In this document: piece after piece, positions 37,601 to 64,000 of the stretch
How the letters are laid out: each line of letters begins with the position of its first letter
Numbering within the stretch: position 1 is the first letter of the stretch
Assembly (NCBI GenBank): GCA_977016875.1
Contig: CDRNST010000443.1
Location: 1-64,000 of the forward strand
From: Pavona decussata
Taxonomy: Eukaryota
Direction: 5' to 3'
DNA length: 64,000 nt
The notes under the pieces: model-generated
Database searches by the model: none
Seen by the model: only the letters and a program-made list of their open reading frames with translations
Told to the model about the DNA's origin: nothing
Program-made: the position numbers and the translations under genes

Positions 37601-40600
37601 GTGCCAAATACATCGACCTCTGAGGGTAAAACAAACTTCTATTCCTTCATTTTTACCAATTTTGAAAGATAACCTTCCAAACATATTTCTTAAAGACTTT
37701 AATCAACTGTGTCACAAATTGTTCGCTTGACCTCTCTCGTACTTTTGGCCCTGAATTTAGCCTAGGCTGGACTATTTTCCGTTCAACGCAAACCTACTCT
37801 GACTTAGAAGAACAGGGCCAACTGATAGATAACTTGCGGGGCTGTCGTATCCGCTGGTAAGCGCGATAGCTAAATACTCGAGCGGTGAAGCCGCGCTGCG
37901 TTGCGAGGTCGGAACGAAAGCAATACAATCGTATATTTAGTGATAAGAGATTGATTTCATAGAGTACAGTGTCTGGAAACCAATTGTAGAAATGATACAA
38001 GAAAATTCAATTGCAAAATAAGGTTTGCCTATAACTTCATGACGTATTGGTATTCCATTTGGTGTACCCTTGCTCCAGAGGCCCGTTGTCTAAATAATAA
38101 AAACAGAGGAAATAACCGCATCGGAGGGCACCCAGCGTACATTGTTGGTGACTTGCTTCATGCTAGAGAGACGCAGGCTTCAATAAACGACTACAATTTC
38201 GAGAGGCGCAGTCGACCAATACTCCGTCTAGCTTAGGTGTGAATGTTCTTCTGGTATAAGAAGAGGGCCAATTTCTGTTTCTCAAAACTACCAACCATTT
38301 CGATATATTTGTACAAAATATTTACAGTTAGGACGTTTGCATGAACGATTCAATTGAAACTCACCAATATTGTGGAGTTCTGATCTTGCTGTTGCAGCTA
38401 AACGAGACTTAAAGTACGTCAAGAGATCACTGATGTATGAAGAAATCTTCTGGAGGGCGCCTTTTTAATAGAACAGACATCTAATCCCTAGTGATCCTGG
38501 TTTCAAAGCTTTTCTTTCTTTTTTTTTTTCCTTTATTTTACACAAACCGAATGTGCTTCGGCGACTCATTGTTGCCACTAATTAAACGGCTCACAATGAA
38601 TGGACATTAAAAGGCAAAGTTAATTGAACTTTTACCGCTGGCGTAGTTGAAATACCTTGTGTGTGATCCTTCGCTTTGAATGTAAAAGCCAAAAGTTCTT
38701 AAATTAACTATCAACTCATAAAATGTCATTATCCCTGCTGTGAAAAGTTTTTTTAGCGGTCGTTGTAATAATGAATGTTCAAAGGGAGCGTAACTTTAAG
38801 GTTCACATGTTTTTTAAAAGCGCAATAACATGTTTAGTTTTAGCAGTGAGACTGGGCGTGGTAGTGTTCGTTGTTCTTTCTCTCGTTGAAGCCAAAAGCC
38901 GCCGTCGTTGCCCAGTTTAGATTTACATGAAAATAAGAAGAAGAAAGAAGAATTCTTTTCTTCTGATAATGGAAGTACTTAATCCATGTTTTTGAGGAGA
39001 GTGTATTCGCATTGAATTAGAGAAAGTAAATTATCATATTTGTTAACCAAATATTATTTATCCCCATACAACGTTCTATTTCATATGTACTATTTATATT
39101 TGCGTAACAGAGACAGACCATATGTATCTTGCGAGTTTAGTGCCAAATACCTCGATCTCTGAAGGCAAAACAAGTTCCATTCCTTCATGTTTACCAAATT
39201 TGAAAGATAACATCCCAAACATATTTTGTAAAACTTAAATCACCTGTGTTACAAATCAATTGCTTGACCTATCTCGTACTTTTAACCCTGAATTGAGACT
39301 TACGTCTTTTCGATTGAACGCCTATCTTCTCTGAGTTGGAACAATGGGGATCAAGATAGATAACTTGCCTGACTGGCGGTGTCGTTGGTACGCGGAATAG
39401 CTAACTATGCGAGCGGTGAGAGCGAGAGTTGCGAGGTGAAGGAAGCCAATAATATCGCGTATATTAAAAGAGTTTAACTTCATAGAGAGCCAGCTGATAG
39501 CCAATTCTAGAAATGATACAAGAAAATTCAATGGCAAAATAAGGTTTGCCCATGACTATTATGATGTATTGGTATTCCTTTTGGTGTACCCTTGCTCCAG
39601 AGGCCCGTTGTCTAAATAATAAAAAATATAAGGGACGATTTTTGGGAAGTTATTCAATGACCGTTATACACAGGGTGACCGCTATATACAGGGCCGTTAT
39701 ATACAGGTTTGAGTAACCGCATCGGCGAGCACCCAGCGTACATTGGTGGTGACTTGCATCATGCTAAAGAGACACAGGCTTCAAAAAACTACTACAAATT
39801 CGGGAGGCGCAGTCGACCAATACTCCGTCTAGATTAGGTGTGAATGTTTTTCTGGTATAAGAAGAGGGCCAATTACGTCTGGGAGATCTTCTCAAATAAC
39901 TATCGCTAGACGACTGACTTAAGGATTCTGTTTCTCAAAACTACCAACCATTTCGATATATTTGTACAAAATATTTACAGTTAGGACGTTTGCATCAACG
40001 ATTCAGTTAAAACTCACCGATATGTGGAGTTCTGATCTTGCTGTTGCAGCTTAATGAGACTTAAAGTACGTCAAGAGATCACTGATGTATGAAGAAAACT
40101 TCCGGAGGGCGCCTTTTTAATAGCACAGACATCTAATCCCTACTTGATCCTAGTTTGAATGCTTTTCTTTCTTTCCTTTTTTTTTCCCTTTATTTTACAC
40201 AAGCCAAATGTTCTTCGTCGACTCATTGTTGCCACTAATTAAGCGGCTCACAATGAATTGACATTAAAAGGCAAAGTTAATTGGACTTTTACGACTGGCG
40301 TAGTTGCTGAATACCTTGTGTGTGATCCTTCGCTTTGAATGTAAAAGCCAAATGTTCTTAAATTAACTATCAACCTATAAAATGTCATTATCCCTGCTGT
40401 AAGAAGTTACGTTTTTTTTTTTTTTGCAATCGTTGTAATTATGAATGACGGGAGCGTAAAAAGCGCGAAATCCGTTACTTTTGCTTCTAACTTTAAGGTT
40501 CCCATGTTTTTTAAAAGCGCAATAACATGTTTAGTTTTAGCAGTGAGACTGGGCGTGGTAGTGTTCGTTGTTCTTTCTGTCGATGAAGCCAAAAGCCGCC

Positions 40601-41784
40601 GTCGTTGCCCAATTTAGATTTACATGAAAATAAGAACAAGAAGAAAGAAGAATTCTTTTCTTCCGATAATGGAGCTACTAAATCCATGTTTTGGAGGAGA
40701 GTGTATTCGCATTGAATTGACGAAAGCAAATTATCATATTTGTTAACCAAAGATTATTTATCTCCCTACAATGTTCTATTTCATATGTACTATTTATATT
40801 TATGTAACAGAGACAGACCATATGTATCTTGCGAGTACATTAAACCGAATGGCACATCATCAAAATAGTTTTAGTGCCAAATACATCGACCTCTGAGGGT
40901 AAAACAAACTTCTCTTCCTTCATTTTTACCAATTTTGAAAGATAACCTTCCTAACATATTTTGTAAACACTTTAATCAAATGTGTCAAAAATTATTCGCT
41001 TGACCTCTCTCCTACTTTTGGCCTTGAATTTAGGCTAGGCTGGACTATTTTTCCGTTGAACGCCAACCTACTTTGAGTTAGAAGAACAGGGTCAAGATAG
41101 ATAACTTGCGTGGCTGTCGTATTCGCTGGTTCGCGCAATACCCAAATACGCGAGCGGTGAAGCCGCGCTGCGTTGCGAGTTCGGAACGAAAGCAATACTA
41201 TCATATATTTAGTGATAAGAGTTTGATTTCATAGAGGACAGTGTCTGGAAGCCAACTCTAGAAATGATACAAGAAAATTCAATGCAAAATAAGGTTTGCC
41301 TGTAACTTCATGATGTATTGGTATTCCATTTGGTATAGCCTTGCTCCAGAGGCCCTTTTATTTAAATAATAAAAACTGAGGAAATAACCGCATCGGTGGG
41401 CACCCAGCGTACATTGGTGGTGACTTGCTTCATGCTAAAGAGACGCAGGCTTCAATAAACTACTACAAATTCGGGAGGCGCAATCGACCAATACTCCGTC
41501 TAGCTTAGGTGTGAATGTTCTTCTGGTATAAGAAGAGGGCCAATTTCTGTTTCTCAAAACTACCAACCATTTCGATATATTTGTACAAAATATTTACAGT
41601 TAGGACGTTTGCATGAACGATTCAATTGAAACTCACCAATATTGTGGAGTTCTGATCTTGCTGTTGCAGCTTAATGAGACTTAAAGTACGTCAAGAGATC
41701 ACTGATGTATGAAGAAATCTTCTGGAGGGCGTCTTTTTAATAGCACAGACATCTAATCCCTAGTGATACTGGTTTCAATGCTTT

Positions 41785-41816
<32 letters not shown>

Positions 41817-44800
41817 TTTTTTTCCCTTTTATTTTACACAAACCGAATGTACTTCGGCGACTCATTGTTGCCACTAATTAAACGGCTCACAATAAAGTGA
41901 CATTAAAAATCAAAGTTAATTGCACTTTTACGACTGGCGTAGTTGAAATACCTTGTGTGTCATTCTTCGCTTTAAATGTAAAAGCCAAAAGTTCTTAAAT
42001 TAATTATCAACTCATAAAATGTCGTTATCCCTGATGTAAGAAGTTTTTTAGCGATTGTTGTAAATATGAATGACGAGAGCGTAAAAAGCGCGAAATCCGT
42101 TACTTTTGCTTCTAGCTTTAAGGTTCACATGTTATTTGAAAGTGCAATAACATGTTTAGTTTTAGCAGTGAGACTGGGCGTGGTAGTGTTCGTTGTTCTT
42201 TCTCTCGATGAAGCCAAAAGCCGCCGCCGTTGCCCAATTTAGATTTACATGAAAATAAGAAGAAGAAAGAAGAATTCTTTTCTTCTGATAATGGAAGTAC
42301 TTTGGAGGAGAGTGCATTCGCATTGAATTAGAGAAAGTAAATTATCATATTCGTTAACCAAAGATTATTTATCTTCATACAACGTTCCATTTCATATGTA
42401 CTATTTATATTTACGTAACAGAGACAGACCATATGAATCTTGCGAGTTTAGTGCCAAATACCTCGATCTCTGAAGGCAAAACAAGTTCTATCCCTTCATG
42501 CTTACCAAATTTGAAAGATAACATCCTAAACATACTTTGTAAAACTTAAATCACCTGTGTTACAAATCAATTGCTTGACCTATCTCGTACTTTTAACCTT
42601 GGATTGAGACTTACGTATGTTCGATTGAACGCCTATCTTCTCTGAGTTGGAACAATGGGGATCAAGATAGATAACTTGCCTGGCTGGCGGTTTCGTTGGT
42701 ACGCGGAATAGCTAACTATGCGAGCGGTGAGAGCGAGAGTTGCGAGGTGAAGGAAGCCAATAATATCGCCTATACTAAGAGAAAAGAGTTTAACTTCATA
42801 GAGTGTCAGCTGATAGACAATTGTAGAAATGAGACAAGAAAATTCAATGGCAAAATAAGGTTTGCCTATAATTATCATGATGTATTGGTATTCTATTTGG
42901 TGTACCCTTGCTCAAGAGGCCTGTTATCTAAAAAATAAAAACTGAGAAAATAACCGCATTGGCGGGCACCCAGTATACACTGGTGGTGACTTGCTTTATG
43001 CTAAAGAGAATGACGAGAGCGTAGAACGCGCGAAATCCGTTATTTCGGCTTCTAACTTCAAGGTTCACATGTCATTTAAAAGCGCAAAAGTATGTTTAGT
43101 TTTAGTAGTGAGACTGGGCGTGGTAGTGGTCGTTGTTCTTTCTCTCGATGAAGCCAAAAGCTCCCATCGTTTCACAATTTAGATTTCCATGAAAATAAGA
43201 AGAAGAAGAAAGAAGAATTCTTTTCTTCCGATTATGGAAGTACTTAATCCATGTTTTGGAGGAGAGTGCATTCGTATTGAATTGAAGAAAGTAAATTATC
43301 ATATTTGTTAACCAAAGATTATTTATCTCCCTACAATGTTCTATTTCATATGCACTATTTATATTTATGTAACAGAGACAGACCATATGTATCTTGCGAG
43401 TACTGTAAACTGAATGGCACATCGTCAAAATAGTTTTAGTACCAAATACCTCGATCTCTGAGGACAAAACAAGTTCCATTCCTTCATGTTTATCAAAATT
43501 GAAAGATAACGTTCCAAACATATTTTTATAAAACTTTAATCACCTGTGTTACAAATCAATCGCTTGACCTGTCTCTTACTTTATGATCCTGAATTGAGGT
43601 TCAACTATTTTCCGTTGAACGCCAACCTACTTTGAGTTAGAAGAACAGGGTCAAGATAGATTACTTGCGTGGCTGTCGAATTCGCTGGTACTCGCAATAG
43701 CTAAATACGCGAGCGGTGAAGCTGCGCTGAGAGTTACTAGGTGAATGAAGGCAATGATGGCGTAAACTTAGTAAAAAGAGTTTGATTTCATAGAGTGTCT
43801 GGCAGGTAATTTCGGAAATGATACAATTAAGAAATTGCAAAGTAAGGTTTGCCTGTAACTTCGTGATGTATTGGTAATTCATCAGGAGTACCCTGGCTCC
43901 CAAGACACGTTGTCTAAATAACAAAAAATGAGCAAATAACCGCATTGGCGGATACCCAGTGTACATTGGTGGTGACTTGTTTCATGCTAAAGAGACAGAG
44001 GCTTCAAAAATACTATTTTAAATTCGGGAGGCGCAGTCGACTAATAACCTTCCTTAGGTGTGAATGTTTTTTCTGGTATAAGAAGGCTAATTACGTCTGG
44101 GGGATCTTCTCAAAAAATATCGCTAGACGACCACATGACCTGAGGATTTTGTTTCTCAAAACTTCCAACCATCTCGATATATTTCAATAGGACGTTTGCA
44201 TGAACAATTCAGTTGAAACTCAATAATATTTTGGAGTCCTGATCTTGCTATTCCAGCTTAATGAGACTTAAAGTACGTCAAGAGATCACTGATGTATAAA
44301 AAAATCTTCTGGAGAGCGCTTTTTCAATAGCACACATAGGCTAATCCCTAATGATCCTAGTGTTAATGCTTTTCTTTCATTCTTTTCTCTTTCTTTTATT
44401 TTACACACGCCAATTGTACTTCGGCGACTCGTTGAAATTAAAAGGCTCACAATGAATTGACATTAGGCAAAGTTAATTGAACTTTTACGACTGGCGTAGT
44501 GGAAATCCTTCGCTTTGAATGTAAAAGCCAAAAGTTCTTAAATTAACTATCAACTCATAAAATGTCATTATCCCTGATGTAAGAAGTTTTTTAGCGATCG
44601 TCGTAATAATGAATGACGGGAGCGTAAAACGCGCGAAATCCGTTACTTCGGCTTCTAACTTTAAGGTTCACATGTTATTTAAAAGCGCAATAACATGTTT
44701 AGTTTTAGCATTGAGACTGGGCGTGGTAGTGTTCGTTGTTCTTGCTCTCGATGAAGCCAAAAGCCGCCATCGTTGCCCAATTTAGATTTACATGAAAATA

Positions 44801-45607
44801 AGGGGACGAAGAAGAAGGATTCTTTTCTTCCGATAATGGAAGTACTTACTCCATGTTTTGGAGGAGAGTGCTTTCGTTTTAAATTAGAGAAAGTAAATTA
44901 TCATATTTGTTTACCAAAGATTATTTATCTCCATACAACGTTTTATGTTATATTTAGTATTTATATTTATGTAACAGAGACAGACCATATGTGTCTTGCG
45001 AGTACTGTAAACTGAATGGCACTTCGTCAAAACAGCATTACATCGATCTCTGAAGGCAAACCAAACTTCCGTTCCTTCATTTTTACCAAATTTGAAGGAT
45101 AACATCCCAAACATACTTTGTAAAACTTAAATCATCTGTGTTATAAATCAATCGCTTGACCTAAGCCGTACTTTTGACCCTGAATTGAGACTTAAGTATT
45201 TTCGGTTGAACGCCTATCTACTTTGAGTTAGAACAATGGGGTCAAGATAGATAATTTGCGTGGCGGGCTGTTTTGTTGGTATGCGCAATATCTCAGTAAA
45301 TGAAGCATTCTCAGGGTTTCAATAAACTTCTGATTTTTACCATTCGGGAGACGTGGTCGACTAAAACTGTCCCAGATTAGGTTTGAGTGTTCTTGTGGTA
45401 TAAGAAGGCCAATTAAGTCTGGGAGACCTTCTCAAATAACATCGCTAGACGACTTACTTAAGGGTTTTGTTTTTCAAACTGACTACCAGCCATTTTCGAT
45501 ACATTAAACAAATTATTGAACAATAAGGACGTTTACATATATGATTCTATGGGAACACAGCAATATTGCGGAGATCTGATGTTGCTGTTGCAGCTTAATG
45601 ATACTAA
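34660..45607. repeat. Macrosatellite array B, about 8 units of ~1.6 kb (some truncated)
   Basis: Unit starts near 34668, 35656 (partial), 37151, 38759, 40429, 42053, 43009 and 44597. Confidence 0.93.
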
Positions 45608-48600
45608 GGGCCTCTTCATATGAGGCCGGTCGACCGGGCTGGCTCGGTTTTCGAGATCTTGCCTCGCCATTGTGAAGCCTCGCCACTCTTTTCTTTATAA
45701 AAATTTCGATGTGTTCATATGGGAAGGCGGGCTTGGCAGGTTACCGAGGTCACGGTTTTTGCGACCGAGATCACGGTAACCGAGCTGGAAATGTTCCCCA
45801 TATATATGGGGCTGTAAAAATCTGAGCTATTTACAGCCCCTTAAGGTTAGTTTTGTCTAACCTAGATATTGGGCAATAAAATTATTTTAGCTGTCCGATC
45901 AGCCTTGCATTTGATTTTACGTTTTATTCAACATTGTTGATCCTGATCTACACAAAGATCCGGCTACACTTTGCTGCTGTTTGAAAAAGTGGTCCCTGCA
46001 CTGTTCAAGAGTTACCTTATATATAAAGTCGACGACCACCCTCGTTCCCAGGCTCCTTTCTCTAAGAGAGATCGGTTAACACCGCACTTGTATCGATACA
46101 CCGTACTTGTACCGGATCGATTTGAGAAACTGGTAATGACCCTCCCTTCGACAAAACCAACTCAAGTCTGCTTTCAGTTGATTCTCTATTTTGGTTGGAT
46201 ATTTGTCCCATCTAGCGAATCATGGTCACACTTGTGCACAACACACTGAAAATAAGTTCTGTGGGTTGACTTTCGATTTATCAACAGGGATCAAGTTTAA
46301 AAAAATTCTAATAGAACATTGAAGCACTTTCACAACGTTCTCCAGTATGACACAATTAAATCCAGCAAATTTAAATCATTTGCCAAGTCAAAATCTAACC
46401 ATAAAATCCATCACAATGCTAAAAAAAAATGTACCCGTTAGCCCCCTGATAGAGGCAATAACAAATGTCAGTTATTACTTACAATTTGTCTTCAATAACC
46501 ACTCCACAATCAGCAATGTCCGAAATAGCATTTTATTTCACTGGGCACATACACGAAGTGATAATAACATTAACTCACAGTCGTCTTCATTGAAAGCAAA
46601 AGAATATTACACTACTTTAATTCTATAGGTAAATGATAAGTTGTTTTTTGTAGCGTATTTTATGTACAATAAGCAGGTATTTTTCATAGCACTTTATATG
46701 TTTGTATAACTATCATCACTAACTGTACAACGAAGCTATAATATGTGGTTTATGAAGCACAACGAGAAACATTTTACAATAGTTAAGGTCTCCACATACT
46801 TACATTGCAACGAACTCAACCGGGGCCACTGAAAAAACCGACACTTTGAAATGTTCTCGTTTTTTGTTGGTTTACAAACTATCAAAGCCAGACTCCTTTG
46901 TTGTAAACGTGACCTGTGATTGGCTGATCAATGCTGGGTGGCGCCGGTTAAGTTCGTTGCACTGTAAGTGTTATTGGAAAGTTTTATGCAACTGCATGCA
47001 CAAAATTCTGACAGTAAAATGCGCCTCACGTGAAACCTGATAAATTAATTTTTCAATGTTTTATTAACTTTTATATGCCATTTCTTTTGTTTTAGTGGTT
47101 GGGTTTCCAGAATTCAACGTCATTCAACATTCCTTTAGTTCTCAAGCGTATGTAGTTCAAATCCAACTCAAATATTTCAACCGCATGCACTAAACAGTCC
47201 AAAAATTATACTTTGAAAAATTTTACATTGCTACTGATTTAACTATACACTATATTAAGTTAAAAAATAACATTTTCAAAATCTTTTATTGTTTCTGTTT
47301 CCAGTGACACCGGAGTTGATTCACACAACAATCAAAGGGTAATTTCAAGAAGTCTTAGTTTTGGACAAAAATTTTTTCGAAGAATCCGTATTGATCAGTA
47401 ATTAAACTTGAATCAAAGTTCACAAACATCCAGGATTAGCTAAATCAGGCTTTGAAAGACTGGGTCCAGGTAAATTAGCAATGGAGGTCTAAATGAGGCC
47501 AAGCTGTTAGAGCCGCTAAAGAGTTTAATTAGGCTAAAATTTACCGAAAAAGACCCCTACTCCAGAATCTATGGGCAGACAGGCACGAGTGAGGGACGTT
47601 GGGATCGTCTGGGTAGACGGACGGAAATTGCCCCGATCAATGGTGCATTTCTCGGCAGTCAGTTGTTTGGGAAATACTCTTTTAGGTGTAAACTATTTTT
47701 AACAAGACCTACACTCCCCCCCCCCCCCCCTCCCACCCAGAAATGTACCTATTCCTCTACGCCCGATGCCCATCCGTCTCCCAAACGATCCCTCAATGCC
47801 TTACTCGTACCAGACTTCTCACAGTTTCTGGAGTGGGGAATTCATCTCTGCATACAACCCAAAGGAAATTCCCACCAAAATCTTTCCACCAAAAAAGTTC
47901 ATCAAATCCAAAAATTACCCCGACCGCTTATTTCAAACCTAAAAGTCTTTGTACCTCAAATAGCCCCTTGTCTTGCGATTCGCGAAACCGCCCTAAACAT
48001 AGGATCCTATAATGTTCTATTCAATAATGTTGAACGACGTTGAATTCCCTCGGCCGGGCATTTGTACCGAAGAACTAAAGTAAGTTATGTATGATTTCTT
48101 GAAACCAACCTCTTTTGTGCAAAAACTGAAACCCTTCGCGGTGCTTTGAAGGGTGTGAAAGACGAATCACGGCAATTTGAGAAAAAAAAAAAAAAACAAC
48201 ATTTCTGTTCTCTTCATGAGAAGGAAATACCTGCACCAAAGACCCACAACTGTGACTACTTAAACTTAGGCTACTATTTCAAGGGCAGTAAATATAGAAC
48301 GAGGACATTTACTACCGGGTACTAATTATTAACATATAATCCCGTCCAATATTTTATACAATTTAACCCTTTTCGCTATGATTATAAGCTTATTTAATTT
48401 CTCTAAAAACAAAGAAACCATGGAATTCCAGTTTGATTTGCAACAAACTCCTCCTCCAAAACTGAGACCACTTCTGCAACAGAACGAAACCGCCTGCACT
48501 CACCTCGTTCTAAAGTTTTTGTACTTGTAAATTTAATGAATAATATATCTCCTAATTTTGCTAATTCTACAACCTTTGAGTTTTTCGTATAAACTAACAA

Positions 48601-49193
48601 CATAATACGCTTGCCGCTAAATAGTTTACACAACTGTCATACATACGTTTTTGTTTTTTTTTAGCCACGGAAATTAACAGTCATTGCACGTTGAACGCCA
48701 GAGTAACTTCCGTGTAGCACAATCGCGGGCGCAAGATTTTCTGAGAGGAACTGGACCCGGATTACCAGCTCTCCAAGCCACCAACCTACCCCTGTAAAAT
48801 ATGACGTTAGTTACGAGAAACTACAATGTCGTCTGGAAAAACTGGAACAACTTCGACTTCGACAACTGTAACGTACCACATTACACGAAGGAAACAAATA
48901 AATGATACTTTGGTTACTTGGTGAATCAGTGTTGAGTGTTGACAATCAAGTCATAGTTTCCCCTCTCTTTAGTGTGATTCAACACTTTACTTGTCTACAA
49001 ATGGTCACACTGTAAGCCCGGTAACATTGAGCATGCGCACTTCGTTTGCATTCAAATCTTGTACTCACTCCTCAATCTTAAGTTACATATTCCTCAAGAA
49101 TAACCTCTTGCATTTGTATGTAGAAAGTACTCGCCAAAACGTCACGAACATAGATATCTGCACAACTACTTTGTTATTCACCAAGCGGTTTAA

Positions 49194-49389
49194 AACGTAT
49201 ATGACAGAATTTTTGATTTGCTTGATCAAAAAATGTTAATATTGTTCTCGCATGAAAAACGATAAACAAAATTCTTTATCAATTATTCTTCCCCACGTGA
49301 GATGAAATTGATAAAAAATTTTGTTTTCATACGAGAACTATATGAAGATTTGGTCAAGCAAATTAAAATAAAAATCTGTCATATACACC
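49194..49389. mobile_element. Degenerate fold-back MITE flanked by TTAA
   Basis: GTATATGACAGA...TCTGTCATATAC long imperfect palindrome with TTAA on both sides. Confidence 0.6.
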
Positions 49390-49723
49390 TTAAACGAACA
49401 AGGCATACTAGAGGCTTTAATAATAATATTTGTTTAAGTCCCTGCCCAACAAAACTCTAGATCAGGAAACTTCGCAATTAATCGTAATAATTAAATATTT
49501 CAACACTTTAAACAGCGTGCATGATAAACTTGATTTACTTGCTACTCCTCAGTCCTCTCAGGGAAACGGTTGGGACACTGCGACCGCGAAACCCGTCAGG
49601 CGCTGGTAACTACTAAGGTAACGCGCTCTGACAGAAGTTACTGTACATCTGATTGCGTGAGGCGGGTCACGAACGCATCTACGGTTTCATGTCACGACAA
49701 AGCTACAATAAACATGACCCAAG

Positions 49724-63675
<13,952 letters not shown>

Positions 63676-63721
63676 CTACAGGAGAAAGACAGATTTAGCT
63701 TTTGATCGATGAATGGCATAA

Positions 63722-63882
63722 ATGTTGTAGGTTAAATGAATCCCAGGTTAAAACGATCTCAACCTAGGTTGATTTGTATTTTCCTTTGTTTCAGATGTAA
63801 ATTACCCAGTCTTAACAAAGAAAAATACAAATCAACCTAAGTTGAAATCATTTTAACCTGGATTCATTTAGACCTACAACAT
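63722..63882. mobile_element. Fold-back MITE (~70-bp arms)
   Basis: ATGTTGTAGG-TTAAATGAATCC...GGATTCATTTAGACCTACAACAT. Confidence 0.8.
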
Positions 63883-64000
63883 GAACACATTCCATTAAGA
63901 AATGTAACATGCACTAAGTGTGGCCCACTCAAGTTGTTCCTGCGGCTGGTGATTTTCCTGCCTACAGACAATGATTTGTTGCATGCTTCACTTAAAGGGC

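Larger units (their letters stand above)
30868..45809 (+). repeat. Diverged segmental paralogue (or uncollapsed allele) of ~14330-17026 plus 23574-26802
   Basis: Colinear similarity with many substitutions and indels; lacks Academ, has an extra LINE and an expanded satellite. Confidence 0.92.

Noticed and set aside
24232-45607. CRISPR array or rDNA/histone/snRNA gene array as the explanation for the tandem repeats
   Set aside because: Units are 1.6 kb or 7.4 kb with no short repeat-spacer structure and no recognisable rRNA, 5S, snRNA or histone sequence. The context is eukaryotic.

Overview
AT-rich, repeat-dense animal genomic DNA, most likely a stony coral or other anthozoan (inferred from the repeat families and spliced gene structure, not proven). 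There are three N-gaps. (1) 1-20058 is a near-perfect 7,395-bp tandem amplification whose breakpoint lies inside an Academ (AcademX-type) DNA transposon. (2) The last copy of that transposon is complete (17030-23569; ~190-bp TIRs, TAG...CTA ends, TTA target duplication). It carries a spliced but disabled gene for Zn-finger + DDE transposase + XPG/FEN1-like PIN nuclease + Cys-rich CXC domain. (3) 30868-45809 is a diverged second copy of ~14.3-26.8 kb that lacks the Academ insertion (empty site) and carries a ~1.6-kb macrosatellite at about 8 units instead of 2. The first copy is bracketed by a 16-bp inverted repeat (14179 / 30701), and the left end of the second copy projects into the N-gap immediately after it. 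This suggests head-to-tail copies of a ~16-kb cargo-carrying transposon-like unit, which is the most novel observation here. (4) 49724-63675 on the minus strand holds the 3' 20 coding exons (534 aa) of a CMIP (c-Maf-inducing protein) orthologue. It includes two micro-exons and a probable GC-AG intron, and its introns are full of MITEs, a SINE and a Harbinger deletion derivative. Most short ORFs in the supplied track are spurious.
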